From IMG/VR virus record IMGVR_UViG_2811995239_000002, positions 25,265 through 89,264 of that record: a stretch of DNA of 64,000 nucleotides. One strand, written 5' to 3'. This document shows positions 20,201 to 29,371 of the stretch, in pieces; position 1 is the stretch's first letter, and the number at the start of each line of letters is the position of its first letter. The stretch is from a virus (lineage: Duplodnaviria > Caudoviricetes). Below the pieces are notes generated by a model. That model was given only the letters and a program-made list of their open reading frames with translations. It was not told the DNA's origin and did not search any database. The translations under genes and the position numbers were made by a program.

Positions 20201-21370
20201 CTATTCCACCTTTTCATCTAACCAATCAGCCCACCATTGCATCATCTCCCGTCGCGTGTCGAGATAAGCCGCGTGATTGTACACTGACCGAGTACCACCG
20301 CTAACGTGCGCCAGTTGCATTTCTATCGCGTCTCTGTTCCAGTGCTTCTCGTTGAGAACGGTACTGAACTGGTGACGGAATCCGTGCCCGCTTGCCTGGC
20401 CTTCATATCCAATATTGCGGATCACGCCTAACACTGCGTTTTCGCTGATCGGTTTCTTCCTGTCGCTGCGTCCAGGGAAACACAATTCATACTGGCCGGT
20501 TATCTGTTGCAGAAACCTGAACAACTCCATGACCTGATCTGACATCGGGACAACATGCAACTTTCTCCCTTTCATGACGGAAGGATCAACGCTGATTAAC
20601 CTGTTTTCATAGTCAATTCCCGTCCATACCAACGATCGAAGCTCAACTGTACGCATGGCCGTATAGTGAAGAATCTGTGTTGCTATCTTAGAGATAACCC
20701 ATCCACCGTAACCGTTAAGAGCCTTCTGGAACTCGTGTATGCGGTGCATGGGAAGGAATGGGTAGTTTTTCTTCCTGTATCCTCGCATGGCTCCTGCCAG
20801 GTCTCTGGATGGATTGTATTTAGCCCTGCCAGTTACGATCGCATAACTGAACACTTCCCCGCATCTTCGCCTCGCCTTATCAGCGCGCTCCATTGCGCCT
20901 CTGTCTTCGAACAGCCTGATGATCTTCAGTAGCACCATAGGCTCAACATCTTCCATTTTCAGATGACCGATGACCGGCAGTATGTCGTCGGTGAACATGC
21001 TCATCATCTCGTCAGCATATCCCTTCGACCACACCTTTGATTTGTGCGCATGCCACTCACGGAAGATATCTCCGAACGAATCAGCCGCAGCTTCCTTCTC
21101 TTTCTTCTTTATGGCCTGTTTCTGCTCTGCCGGGTCCACACCTGCCAGCAACTTCATTTTTGCTTCTGACTGTTTTGCCCGTGCTTCAGTGAGGGAAATT
21201 TCAGGATAGGGGCCAATGACCAGCGTCTTTTCCTTGCCATCGAACCGGTAACGCATGCGCCACACCTTTTTACCTGATGGTGGAACGAACAGGAAAAGGC
21301 CTCCGGCATCTGCGAGGCGATATGATTTTTCCGCAGGCCTGGCTGCGTCTATTTGCTTTACCGTAAGCAT
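20201..21370 (-). CDS. intS: Tyrosine integrase, IntS (KplE1/HK620/Sf6)-like
   Basis: MLTVKQI start, GAMERA.KARRRCGEVF, HGFRH, QLAH, YNHA.YL and C-terminal REMMQWWADWLDEKVE; next to argW. Confidence 0.9.
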   Translation of the reverse strand: MLTVKQIDAARPAEKSYRLADAGGLFLFVPPSGKKVWRMRYRFDGKEKTLVIGPYPEISLTEARAKQSEAKMKLLAGVDPAEQKQAIKKKEKEAAADSFGDIFREWHAHKSKVWSKGYADEMMSMFTDDILPVIGHLKMEDVEPMVLLKIIRLFEDRGAMERADKARRRCGEVFSYAIVTGRAKYNPSRDLAGAMRGYRKKNYPFLPMHRIHEFQKALNGYGGWVISKIATQILHYTAMRTVELRSLVWTGIDYENRLISVDPSVMKGRKLHVVPMSDQVMELFRFLQQITGQYELCFPGRSDRKKPISENAVLGVIRNIGYEGQASGHGFRHQFSTVLNEKHWNRDAIEMQLAHVSGGTRSVYNHAAYLDTRREMMQWWADWLDEKVE

Positions 21371-21533
21371 GTGGGCATAAATCCGTGGTCATTTTGCTGT
21401 GTGCCCACAATATGCCCGCAAAAGTTTGGCGTAGTCAATTCTCTTTGGTTCGCTTCGGTTGTATAAGAACTTTGAATTATTAAGGTGTGATGGGCGTTAC
21501 GTTCTGGTGTGGAGTGGTGGGTTCGTTTTGAAA

Positions 21534-21608
21534 TGGTGTCCCCTGCAGGAATCGAACCTGCAACTAGCCCTTAGGAGGGGCTCGTTATATCCATTTAACT
21601 AAGGAGAC
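21534..21608 (-). tRNA. argW: tRNA-Arg(CCT)
   Basis: GTCTCCTTAGTTAAATGGATATAACGAGCCCCTCCTAAGGGCTAGTTGCAGGTTCGATTCCTGCAGGGGACACCA: full cloverleaf with encoded CCA. Confidence 0.97.
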
Positions 21609-21748
21609 GTAGAACTAACTGATTTTTAAGTGTTCTGCTTGCTTCGCATGTTATCCTATCAGCCCACGCCCCATCAAGCATTTCATTCCTTTTATTTCCC
21701 TTCCTTTCTTATCCATTCGTCTAAAAAATCACTTCGTTCACTTGCCAT

Positions 21749-21792
21749 TGCGTACAGATTGAGTACAGAATGCTGAAATTCAGTGTGTACAG
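21749..21792 (+). promoter_or_regulatory. Putative integrase arm-type sites (TGNGTACAG x3)
   Basis: Direct repeats at 21749, 21760 and 21784 just upstream of the int start. Confidence 0.5.
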
Positions 21793-21803
21793 GATACAAA
21801 GCC

Positions 21804-22973
21804 GTGGCCCTCAGTGATACCAAACTTCGCAGCATCAACGCCAAGCCTTATAACGGCGCCCCCGAAGTCACAGATGGTGACGGACTGAGTGTACGTATTA
21901 CCCCAACCGGAACGATTACGTTTCAGTACCGTTACCGCTGGAACGGTAAGCCTGTCCGTCTTTCTGTTGGCAGATACCCTGCAACGTCTCTCAAAGAGGC
22001 TCGCGTGATTGTCGGTGAAATGCGCGAATTGTACATCAAGGGGCTGAACCCTAAAAATTATTTTGCCAAAGAAGATGGTGAGTTAACGCTGAAGGAATGT
22101 CTTGATCAGTGGTGGACTAAATACGTTGAGACACTCAAGCCCAACACGCAGACGCTGTATAAGTCAGTTGTGTACAACACCATGTACAAAGAATTCCAGG
22201 ATGCACCGGTAGTCAATATCCCCGTTTCATCCTGGGTCAGGTTCTTCGATAAGCAGGAAAAGAAGAACGGCAAGAAAGCCAGAGTATTACTTCTCCAGCT
22301 ACGATCAGTGATGAACTGGTGCATCAGCCGTCAGTTGATCACATCATGTGAAGTATTGAAACTCAGCGTAAAAACCATTGGGAAAAAGCCAGATGTTGGT
22401 AGCCGGGTTCTCACCTATACCGAGCTTGCAAAGGTCTGGCTGGCGCTGGAAAACAGCAAGATCGTTACATCCAACAAAGTTCTTCATCAGTTGTTGTTGC
22501 TATGGGGGGCTCGACTGTCAGAGTTGCGACTGGCTACCGCAAGCGAGTTCAACATGGATGATCTGATTTGGACTACGCCGGAAGATCATTCCAAGATGGG
22601 TAATGTCATCCGCAGGCCTGTATTCGATCAGGTAAAGCCCTATATTGAAAGGCTGCTAAACGCAGGTAATGACGTTATTTTTCCAGGACAAAAGCTGGAC
22701 AAGGCAATAGACCGATCGTCGGCAAATCTCTACATGAAAAAGTTAAGGGAAAAAATAGACATACCGGAGTGGCGAACACATGACTTTCGGCGTTCACTGG
22801 TAACAAATTTGTCAGGGGAGGGAGTTATGCCCCACGTTCTGGAAAAGATGCTGGGGCATGAGCTTGGGGGAGTGATGGCGGTTTATAACAAACACGACTG
22901 GCTGGTGGAGCAGAAAGATGCTTATGAACTGTATGCCGATAAAATATTCTGGCATATTAAACAGCTCGGTTAA
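21804..22973 (+). CDS. Tyrosine integrase with arm-binding domain
   Basis: GTG start (ALSDTKLR); DGDGL, R..E, HDFRR, LGH, VYN catalytic motifs. Confidence 0.92.
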   Translation: MALSDTKLRSINAKPYNGAPEVTDGDGLSVRITPTGTITFQYRYRWNGKPVRLSVGRYPATSLKEARVIVGEMRELYIKGLNPKNYFAKEDGELTLKECLDQWWTKYVETLKPNTQTLYKSVVYNTMYKEFQDAPVVNIPVSSWVRFFDKQEKKNGKKARVLLLQLRSVMNWCISRQLITSCEVLKLSVKTIGKKPDVGSRVLTYTELAKVWLALENSKIVTSNKVLHQLLLLWGARLSELRLATASEFNMDDLIWTTPEDHSKMGNVIRRPVFDQVKPYIERLLNAGNDVIFPGQKLDKAIDRSSANLYMKKLREKIDIPEWRTHDFRRSLVTNLSGEGVMPHVLEKMLGHELGGVMAVYNKHDWLVEQKDAYELYADKIFWHIKQLG

Positions 22974-23142
22974 CGCCGCCTTCATCTATCCATTTCATAA
23001 CTGCCTTTCGGCTATATCTGGATGGGTAGGTGAGAACAGGATCGGGAAAACCGTGTTCTTTACGTAAACGCCAGACAGCCGTCTTTTTCTTTTTGAGCAG
23101 GTCGAAAACTTCCTGCTCTTCCATAAAATCGGTAGTAGTCAT
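22957..23142 (-). CDS. Excisionase / AlpA-like recombination directionality factor
   Basis: 61 aa, GFPDP and V..WI motifs, convergent with int, GAGGTG RBS. Confidence 0.75.
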   Translation of the reverse strand: MTTTDFMEEQEVFDLLKKKKTAVWRLRKEHGFPDPVLTYPSRYSRKAVMKWIDEGGVNRAV

Positions 23143-23223
23143 AAGCACCTCATCAAAAATTACCGTTAAAAATACATGTTCCACATCCGCCGCGTGCGCC
23201 TTCAGTACAGACACCGCAACGAT

Positions 23224-24009
23224 CTACTTTTTTTGTGATGGATTAACCTCATACTGAGGTGCAGCAGCCAGCATCGCTGCCCAGCACAACTCAGCCCGGC
23301 GCGCTGCCTTGCGGCATCCGCTTAATGCTTCGTATTCCTCCCACTCTTTTTCATCGCTGAAGTGTGGATCTGGAACAGATTCGAAGCCGTTAACAATCAT
23401 GTCTTCTGTCGGGACGATAGGCACCAGTACGTAACCGGGTGGTGCAAAGTAGCGGACTTCTACCGTTCTGTCTGGCCCGGATGCCAGGTCAACGCCAATC
23501 ACCGGAGAGTTGCCAGCCTCCTTGATGTGAAGACGCGGCTCACCGTCTTTCGGTTCCGGCCACTGGCGTGCCATGTTCACCTTCAGCTTTTCTTCCATCG
23601 CTGCTGTTATTTCACCGTCACTGATACCGGCGCGGCGCTGGGCGTCCCATAACAGGAACTGCATATCAGCCCACTCGCTGAGGTCGTCAGGTTCGGCTGC
23701 GGCTTCCAGCGCTTCTTTGCTGAGGTGCTTAAGTGGCCCAATCGGGCCGACATTGCCGAACGTCTTATCTGACCATTCAGCGTGGCGTCGCCGAATTAAA
23801 TTGCGCAGTTGAAGCGATGAGCCTTTCTCCTCTGGCAACTCATCACGATTACTTACAGGCTCATCGTTATGAGCATCACGCAGAGCGTAAAAGACTTTAT
23901 TACGCAATTCGTTGAACTCGTCAGAGCGAATATCTTCAGCGCGGTACGGCGGCGCCATTAAGCTATAAACTATCGACAACTCACGCTGCGATAACTGGAT
24001 AGTTTTCAC
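23224..24009 (-). CDS. Eaa/DUF550-like early protein (MazG-like domain)
   Basis: HAEWSDKTFG...LKHLSKEALE...EWADMQFLLWDA; GYVLVP and WAAMLAAAP motifs. Confidence 0.8.
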   Translation of the reverse strand: MKTIQLSQRELSIVYSLMAPPYRAEDIRSDEFNELRNKVFYALRDAHNDEPVSNRDELPEEKGSSLQLRNLIRRRHAEWSDKTFGNVGPIGPLKHLSKEALEAAAEPDDLSEWADMQFLLWDAQRRAGISDGEITAAMEEKLKVNMARQWPEPKDGEPRLHIKEAGNSPVIGVDLASGPDRTVEVRYFAPPGYVLVPIVPTEDMIVNGFESVPDPHFSDEKEWEEYEALSGCRKAARRAELCWAAMLAAAPQYEVNPSQKK

Positions 24010-24164
24010 GATTTACCTCCCTGAAGCATGGCGGCTCTTAACTCACGCAGTTCACGTAAGGCGGAAATTATCTGTGAAAATTTCTCGTCAGGAGGTAATG
24101 GGCCAGAAGAATTAACCGCTGACTTAATCAGACTGTCTAACTGCTCATTGGTAATCTTATTCAT
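24006..24164 (-). CDS. Small hypothetical protein, 52 aa (MNKITNEQL...RAAMLQGGKS)
   Basis: 4-nt overlaps with both neighbours, AGGAGG RBS. Confidence 0.65.
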   Translation of the reverse strand: MNKITNEQLDSLIKSAVNSSGPLPPDEKFSQIISALRELRELRAAMLQGGKS

Positions 24165-24631
24165 ACACCCCTCCTGATTTCCCAGAGAACTCGAGGCACT
24201 CCACCATTGCCTACCGGGTCTCGCTTATCTTTCAGCGCAACGCTTGATGCAGCCCACCCTTTTCTAGATGGAAGCTCCTTAACCTGAACAAATCCAGCAG
24301 CACGCAGAGATGCACCTGATTCATCAGCCTGGGTGTAGGTAATACAGCGAACGTACCCCATTGCCTTCGCTGCACGCCATATAGCCCCGTAAAGAGCACT
24401 GTTAGCGTTGCGCTCGCCTGTCGTGCATGTACGGTTTACTTCAATCGTCAGACCGTCATCGAAGTGTCTGGCCACCGGCCTGCCAGCTGTAGCCACTCCA
24501 ATAAGTTCACCATCTTCATTTTTCAGCCCAATGCTGAACTTGTGGCCGCGTGGTGGCTTGTTGTGTCGGTGGTGCTGGGCAACAAACTCCTGAGCGGCGC
24601 GAAGAGTAATCGGTGATATCCGCATGCTCAC
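24161..24631 (-). CDS. XF1762-family protein (GNAT-like fold inferred)
   Basis: HHRH.KP, GRPVAR..DDG.T.EV.R, YT...E.GASLRAAGF motifs. Confidence 0.7.
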   Translation of the reverse strand: MSMRISPITLRAAQEFVAQHHRHNKPPRGHKFSIGLKNEDGELIGVATAGRPVARHFDDGLTIEVNRTCTTGERNANSALYGAIWRAAKAMGYVRCITYTQADESGASLRAAGFVQVKELPSRKGWAASSVALKDKRDPVGNGGVPRVLWEIRRGV

Positions 24632-25572
24632 TCCTTACCCTGAAGCATGGCGGCACGGCAGGCGTTATGGCCTTGCGCGAAGCTTTTCTGATAAAGGTTC
24701 ATGTCATCAGATATAGCCATTTCATCAGGCACAGCCACCGGCGCTGGCGCAGTCAGCGGAGGAACGCCCAGCATCTCACGCATTTCATTCACCCCGGCGT
24801 AATGCTCAGCGCGCTGTTCCGGCGTCATAGCGTCAATTTCAGCGTAATAGTCAGCGCGACGTTGCAGAGCAGTCAGCAAAGTTTCTGTTTTGCAGCCCTT
24901 GCCGATAATAAGACCTGGCTTTAACTCAACGGCGCACGGAAGAGTTGCAGGGACTACCGGCGCTGGCGGGGCGATGAATAACTCCGTTTTACCCATCGGC
25001 TTATGATTGCATTTCGGACAGACGTCGTTATCTCGCCAGTCCTCAATTGTTTCCCACCCACAGCAACCACAGTCGTAACGGATGTAATCAGGCTCCGACT
25101 TCCTCCCTGCTAACAATTCATCAATCGCTTTCACAGCGTCAGACATTGCGTAACCGATGTTACCGCCATCGCTTTGTGTTGCTGCTTTGCTCAGGATTTC
25201 ACGAATGCGGTGCAGGCGGTAATTTGAGAGAGGACCGTGCGCCGGGTGGTTGTCACTGCCAGCCTCAAGCGATGCCAGCGCGATTTTGAAGATAGCCGCA
25301 TCAAGTTCAGCCTCTTCTACGTCCGGGTATTTTGCAGCTACTGTAAGCCGGTGCTGAAGTTTTGCTATTAACTGCTCTTTGGTGAATGCATTATTTAAAC
25401 CTCCCACACCTTTCCACAGGACAGGCATACGGCTTTGCCGTCGTCGCAGCCCGCACTTTGCAGGCTCTGCGGTTAGCGATGCCAGCGCGATACGCGCCAG
25501 CTCTTTCTGTTCGCTGTTAGTGAGCGTTTTAACTTCGCCGTTAAGATATGCGGCGATAAGCTCTCTGTTCAT
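24628..25572 (-). CDS. Mosaic Eaa/Ea22-like early protein with a Zn ribbon
   Basis: Duplicated IALASL motif, CGCCG...CPKC, GHNACRAAML C-terminus. Confidence 0.65.
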   Translation of the reverse strand: MNRELIAAYLNGEVKTLTNSEQKELARIALASLTAEPAKCGLRRRQSRMPVLWKGVGGLNNAFTKEQLIAKLQHRLTVAAKYPDVEEAELDAAIFKIALASLEAGSDNHPAHGPLSNYRLHRIREILSKAATQSDGGNIGYAMSDAVKAIDELLAGRKSEPDYIRYDCGCCGWETIEDWRDNDVCPKCNHKPMGKTELFIAPPAPVVPATLPCAVELKPGLIIGKGCKTETLLTALQRRADYYAEIDAMTPEQRAEHYAGVNEMREMLGVPPLTAPAPVAVPDEMAISDDMNLYQKSFAQGHNACRAAMLQGKE

Positions 25573-25778
25573 AGTGAAATCTCCTGACATCCATCACCCT
25601 TACGGCACACTGAAGCGGCGCCGTTCCTCACGCTAGCTATAGTTACTGTTCCGTCATCGCACTGCGTGATGATGAGCGGATATTCTTTCTCGGTAACACA
25701 GTGAGGATTTTCACCCGCCATTGCAGCGGGTATGACAAACAGGGTGATGAGTGCTGCTATTCTGGTAATAGTGGTCAT
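25569..25778 (-). CDS. Small exported Cys-containing protein
   Basis: Signal-peptide-like N-terminus (..PAAMA), four Cys. Confidence 0.55.
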   Translation of the reverse strand: MTTITRIAALITLFVIPAAMAGENPHCVTEKEYPLIITQCDDGTVTIASVRNGAASVCRKGDGCQEISL

Positions 25779-25781
25779 GGG

Positions 25782-25940
25782 TTAGTCCTCCCCCGCGAGA
25801 CGCTCGTAAACGTCCTGCGCTTCCTGGTGCGTTAATCCAAGCTGGTTAACCATAAAATTAATCACTTCGCCGTATGGCCGGCCTTCTTCGATTTGACGGC
25901 GGAGGATTTTCACGTCGTCATCCAGTAATTTTTCTGTCAT
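25782..25940 (-). CDS. Small hypothetical protein, 52 aa (MTEKLLDDDV...LAGED)
   Basis: ATGA overlap, AGGAG RBS, fills the gap. Confidence 0.6.
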   Translation of the reverse strand: MTEKLLDDDVKILRRQIEEGRPYGEVINFMVNQLGLTHQEAQDVYERLAGED

Positions 25941-27039
25941 GCTGCTTTCTCCTGATTTGCAAATAGATCCATCTGCGCTGAATCGCTATTTCCGACAATA
26001 AACGCCTCGCAACTTTCCGTACAGGAACCCGGCTCCTCACCACCACCACCGCGCATAGTCGCCGCAATTTCATCGCGGGTCAGTGATGAATACGCCTCCT
26101 CAATGCTGTCCAGTGAATTCCCCTTCCTGTACATAATTTTGTTTTCCTGTTGGCGGCGTTCTACGACGCGAACATCAGGAGACATAACCGCTTCACGGAA
26201 TTTCTCCAGCATTTCAGGTTCATCACGCATAGCCAGTGCAACTTTGTTGATGCCTTTCTTGATGCAAAAAACACAGTTCCCCAGGTGCTCAGGAATACCC
26301 AAGTCGAACGGCTGCCTATTCCACCATTCCAAAACATCCTGTTTTTCGTCATCCATGATTTCAGCCATAAAGCGCTGTTTTGATTTAGCGATAGAAATAA
26401 CGCGATTAATAATCTCGTTTGCCACGTCACCGAAAATCATGAAATGAGTTTCCAGCGTTTCCTGCATTTGCTCTTGAGTTTGCGACTGAGATAAATCACG
26501 GTATAAATCAATCATCATGTAATTATCGAAATTCATACGACGCAATTTAGGGAAAAGCGCCTCACCCCAGATTCGCGCAGGTTCGTCGACACGCATTCCG
26601 AGCCACGATTGGTAATCGACGAAATTATCCTTGCAAAACCGCTCGCACACCTCAATTTTCATTGTCCGCGTACAGAACGCGCCGCCGAAATATGGAGTGC
26701 CGTATTTCGCCATAACGTCGATCCACGGTTGCAAATCGGGGCCAATTTCATCAATGGAAATGACCTTGTAGCTGTTTGCTTTACCAAGCTCAGGATTTAC
26801 CAGGACTCGGAGGCAAATGAGGTCAATACCCAGTTAGCGACAACCTCCCTGATGAATTTATAGGTTTCTGGGTGCTCTGCGCCTGTGTCCATGAACACGT
26901 AACGAACATCCCACCCCAACTTACGTTTATTTTCCATTTCCCTGACCAGTCGGCCTGACGTTCTGCCACCAGAAAAACTCACAATGTGCGTGATACCCAT
27001 CGCCGCTTCACGCTGCGTCTGTTTGTCGATGTTGCTCAT
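25937..27039 (-). pseudogene. PAPS-reductase / PP-loop superfamily protein, frameshifted at ~26829-26831
   Basis: SFSGGRTS and DTGAEHP in one frame, CT..MK and GNCVFCIKKG in another; adding one G to the GGG run joins them as ...NWGIDLICLRV... Confidence 0.8.
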
Positions 27040-27527
27040 GCTGCACGCTCCTGTTTTGATTTACGCAGCGCTTCTTTGTAGTTGGCCTTTGCTGCTTTTT
27101 TGGTGTCACACCATTCGCCTTCAATATCACGACGTGGGTAGCCATAAGCCGCGTCGTATGAGCAACGGAACATTCGGCATTTCCCATGACGGTTATATTC
27201 GACTTCTGGAAGCTGGTAGCCCAACAACCATTCACTGAATGACTGGCAACTATCAGCATCAAGATAATCCTCGTAACGGGTGCGCTTTTTTGGCTCTGGC
27301 AGCGCAGAAATTGCTGTTGCTTCGCCTTTTTCTGTGACGTGATAGAGCGTTCCGCCACCCGTAAAATCCGGCGCAGGCCGGGAAGTGGCAAAACCTTCAG
27401 CAACAAGCTCCTGCCACTTCGAGTTGTCCGTATGACCGTCACCAGCGAGGAAATAATTGCGGTACGGCGTCCTGTTGCGCTCGTTGATACCCAGCGCGTG
27501 CTGCATGAGTTCGATACCAGTGCTCAT
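27036..27527 (-). CDS. Hypothetical phage protein (winged-helix-like N-terminus)
   Basis: GGAGG RBS before ATG 27527; HALG, YRNYF, VTEKG motifs. Confidence 0.7.
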   Translation of the reverse strand: MSTGIELMQHALGINERNRTPYRNYFLAGDGHTDNSKWQELVAEGFATSRPAPDFTGGGTLYHVTEKGEATAISALPEPKKRTRYEDYLDADSCQSFSEWLLGYQLPEVEYNRHGKCRMFRCSYDAAYGYPRRDIEGEWCDTKKAAKANYKEALRKSKQERAA

Positions 27528-27808
27528 TGAGCGGCCTCCTGGGTTGGCATCAATGCGTTGCGAACGCATGGCTTGTAGTAGTGATGAAAAGCGAATGTCA
27601 GGCCGAGTTTTGTCGGTCGGTCGTGTTTGCCAAGCAATCCGAGACGAATACAGATAGTCGTTGCCGTGTATCCGGAGTGATAACCAGACGCGCGCTTGAG
27701 CACTGTTTCAGCGAGAATGGTGCGGAAATCAGTTCTCCCAAAGTTCGTTCCTTCGAAAGCGGCATTGACCACTTCGTCGGTCAGATGCGAATCGTCTACG
27801 ATGCTCAT
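27524..27808 (-). CDS. Hypothetical phage protein
   Basis: Coupled overlaps, AGGAG RBS. Confidence 0.65.
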   Translation of the reverse strand: MSIVDDSHLTDEVVNAAFEGTNFGRTDFRTILAETVLKRASGYHSGYTATTICIRLGLLGKHDRPTKLGLTFAFHHYYKPCVRNALMPTQEAAQ

Positions 27809-28269
27809 GACTGCACTCCTTTGCGTAACTGGGCGGCGAACGTATCAGCCGCGAGAGACATTCCACGATAGCGAGGGGATAGGTCGACATTCCCTTTAAC
27901 TGCCTCATCATCAGCAATCTTATTTTGCGCATTGGCAAACATCTCCACCCCCTGAGCCCGCACTTCAGCCAGGAAAGCGTCGGTCGCTGGGGTTTTGATT
28001 GCCTCAATCGCAGTATTTCCGCAATCATCGAGCAATTGCTCAGTTGGTCGATACTCGATACCAAAAGCACCCTTCACCGGATTAAACCCGAGTCGATAAA
28101 AGTTCGCGCAGTCAGCAAGCTTTGCATTCTCCGCAGCCAGCGCCTCAAATTTTGATTTAGCCAGCAGTACCGCGTCATTTGCTTCTTTCAGGACAGACAT
28201 AGCCTTTTCGTTGTCTGCCTCCAGTTGCTTTACCTTCGCTTCAAGTTCTTCATAGGTTGGCTTGCTCAT
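27805..28269 (-). CDS. Ead/Ea22-like protein
   Basis: ALAAENA.L and TPATDAFLAEVRAQGVEMFA motifs. Confidence 0.75.
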   Translation of the reverse strand: MSKPTYEELEAKVKQLEADNEKAMSVLKEANDAVLLAKSKFEALAAENAKLADCANFYRLGFNPVKGAFGIEYRPTEQLLDDCGNTAIEAIKTPATDAFLAEVRAQGVEMFANAQNKIADDEAVKGNVDLSPRYRGMSLAADTFAAQLRKGVQS

Positions 28270-28490
28270 TGTTCGGACTCCTGGTTAACCTTCTTGACTA
28301 ACTCAATCCATTGAGGGGCTAATATTTCTTCAGCTCGATTACGGGAACTGACTGGACTGTTAAGTTGCACCCGATGACAGTTGTAAGGACATTTCAGGCC
28401 GCCGCGACACATGCCCCAGTGATCAACTTTGAAGGCATATTCAGGCATATTTCCGCAATCAGGGCAGCGGGGTAAATCAGACTGCTTCAT
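28266..28490 (-). CDS. Small Zn-ribbon protein (Lar-like)
   Basis: LPRCPDCG...CPYNC. Confidence 0.6.
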   Translation of the reverse strand: MKQSDLPRCPDCGNMPEYAFKVDHWGMCRGGLKCPYNCHRVQLNSPVSSRNRAEEILAPQWIELVKKVNQESEQ

Positions 28491-29296
28491 GAGGTAACCT
28501 CATCTGACTCGTGGCGAAACTCCCGAAGAATGGAAATAATTTCAGCCTGCATTGCTGGTGGAATTTCAATAGTCAGCATTTCGCCGGAGTCCTCTGCACA
28601 CGACGAAATAAGCTCAAGAAACTTCCTGGCTTTTCCTGCATTAAACTGAGGGCTGGCAATGCTCTTGGTGACTTTTTTCTTACCCGCGTCCTCGGCTTTC
28701 TTCATCAGACGAGAAGCTTCGCGATCGGCGTACACACCATGTTCACGAGAGATGCCAATCGCGATGGCATAGTTCATTGATCCATCACGTACTAGCTTTT
28801 TGATATATGGTGTGCATTCGTGAAGCTGAAGGTGTTGCAGGATATCTGACTCTGAGCGCTTAACTTTTTTCGCTATCTCTGAAGGACTCCATCCCTGATT
28901 CTGAAGGCGATGATAGGCTGCACCGCGCTCAAGCGGAGTAAGCGCAAGCCCCTGAGAACTGGTCACCATAAAAGCGATTTTATCCGCTTCGCTACCGACG
29001 AAGTCCTTGCACTCCAGGCGCACAATGTCGTGCCCCATTTCGATAGCAGCCAGCGCACCGTGATAGCGATGGTGACCGTCGATCACCTTCACACCACGCT
29101 CAGTAACTTCTACGGCCAGCGGAGGAATATATTCACCGGCGATAAAAGCATCACGGAATTCTTCAACATGCGCCTGGTTAAGCTCACGAACGTTGTAGCC
29201 TTCTTCGGTGTAAATTTTATCCAGAGGGACGTTGTAGGTTTTGCGGGTTGTTAACCCGGCGTCTTTGTCATTGTAGAGCTGGCCTAAGCTGGGCAT
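28487..29296 (-). CDS. ParB/Srx-like domain DNA-binding protein
   Basis: VIDGHHR motif plus HTH (SEIAKKVKRS). Confidence 0.8.
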   Translation of the reverse strand: MPSLGQLYNDKDAGLTTRKTYNVPLDKIYTEEGYNVRELNQAHVEEFRDAFIAGEYIPPLAVEVTERGVKVIDGHHRYHGALAAIEMGHDIVRLECKDFVGSEADKIAFMVTSSQGLALTPLERGAAYHRLQNQGWSPSEIAKKVKRSESDILQHLQLHECTPYIKKLVRDGSMNYAIAIGISREHGVYADREASRLMKKAEDAGKKKVTKSIASPQFNAGKARKFLELISSCAEDSGEMLTIEIPPAMQAEIISILREFRHESDEVTS

Positions 29297-29371
29297 GGTT
29301 ACTCCTTAAGGTAGAGGGAGAGTGCTTTGCTATGCGCCCTCAGCGCAGGCGCATAAAACAACACGACGGGA

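Larger units (their letters stand above)
1..21550. mobile_element. Prophage A (siphovirus-type morphogenesis region plus moron and integrase), partial, integrated at the 3' end of tRNA-Arg
   Basis: Contiguous terL-portal-head-tail-tailspike operon on +, IntS-like integrase next to the tRNA 3' end; right boundary approximate. Confidence 0.92.
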
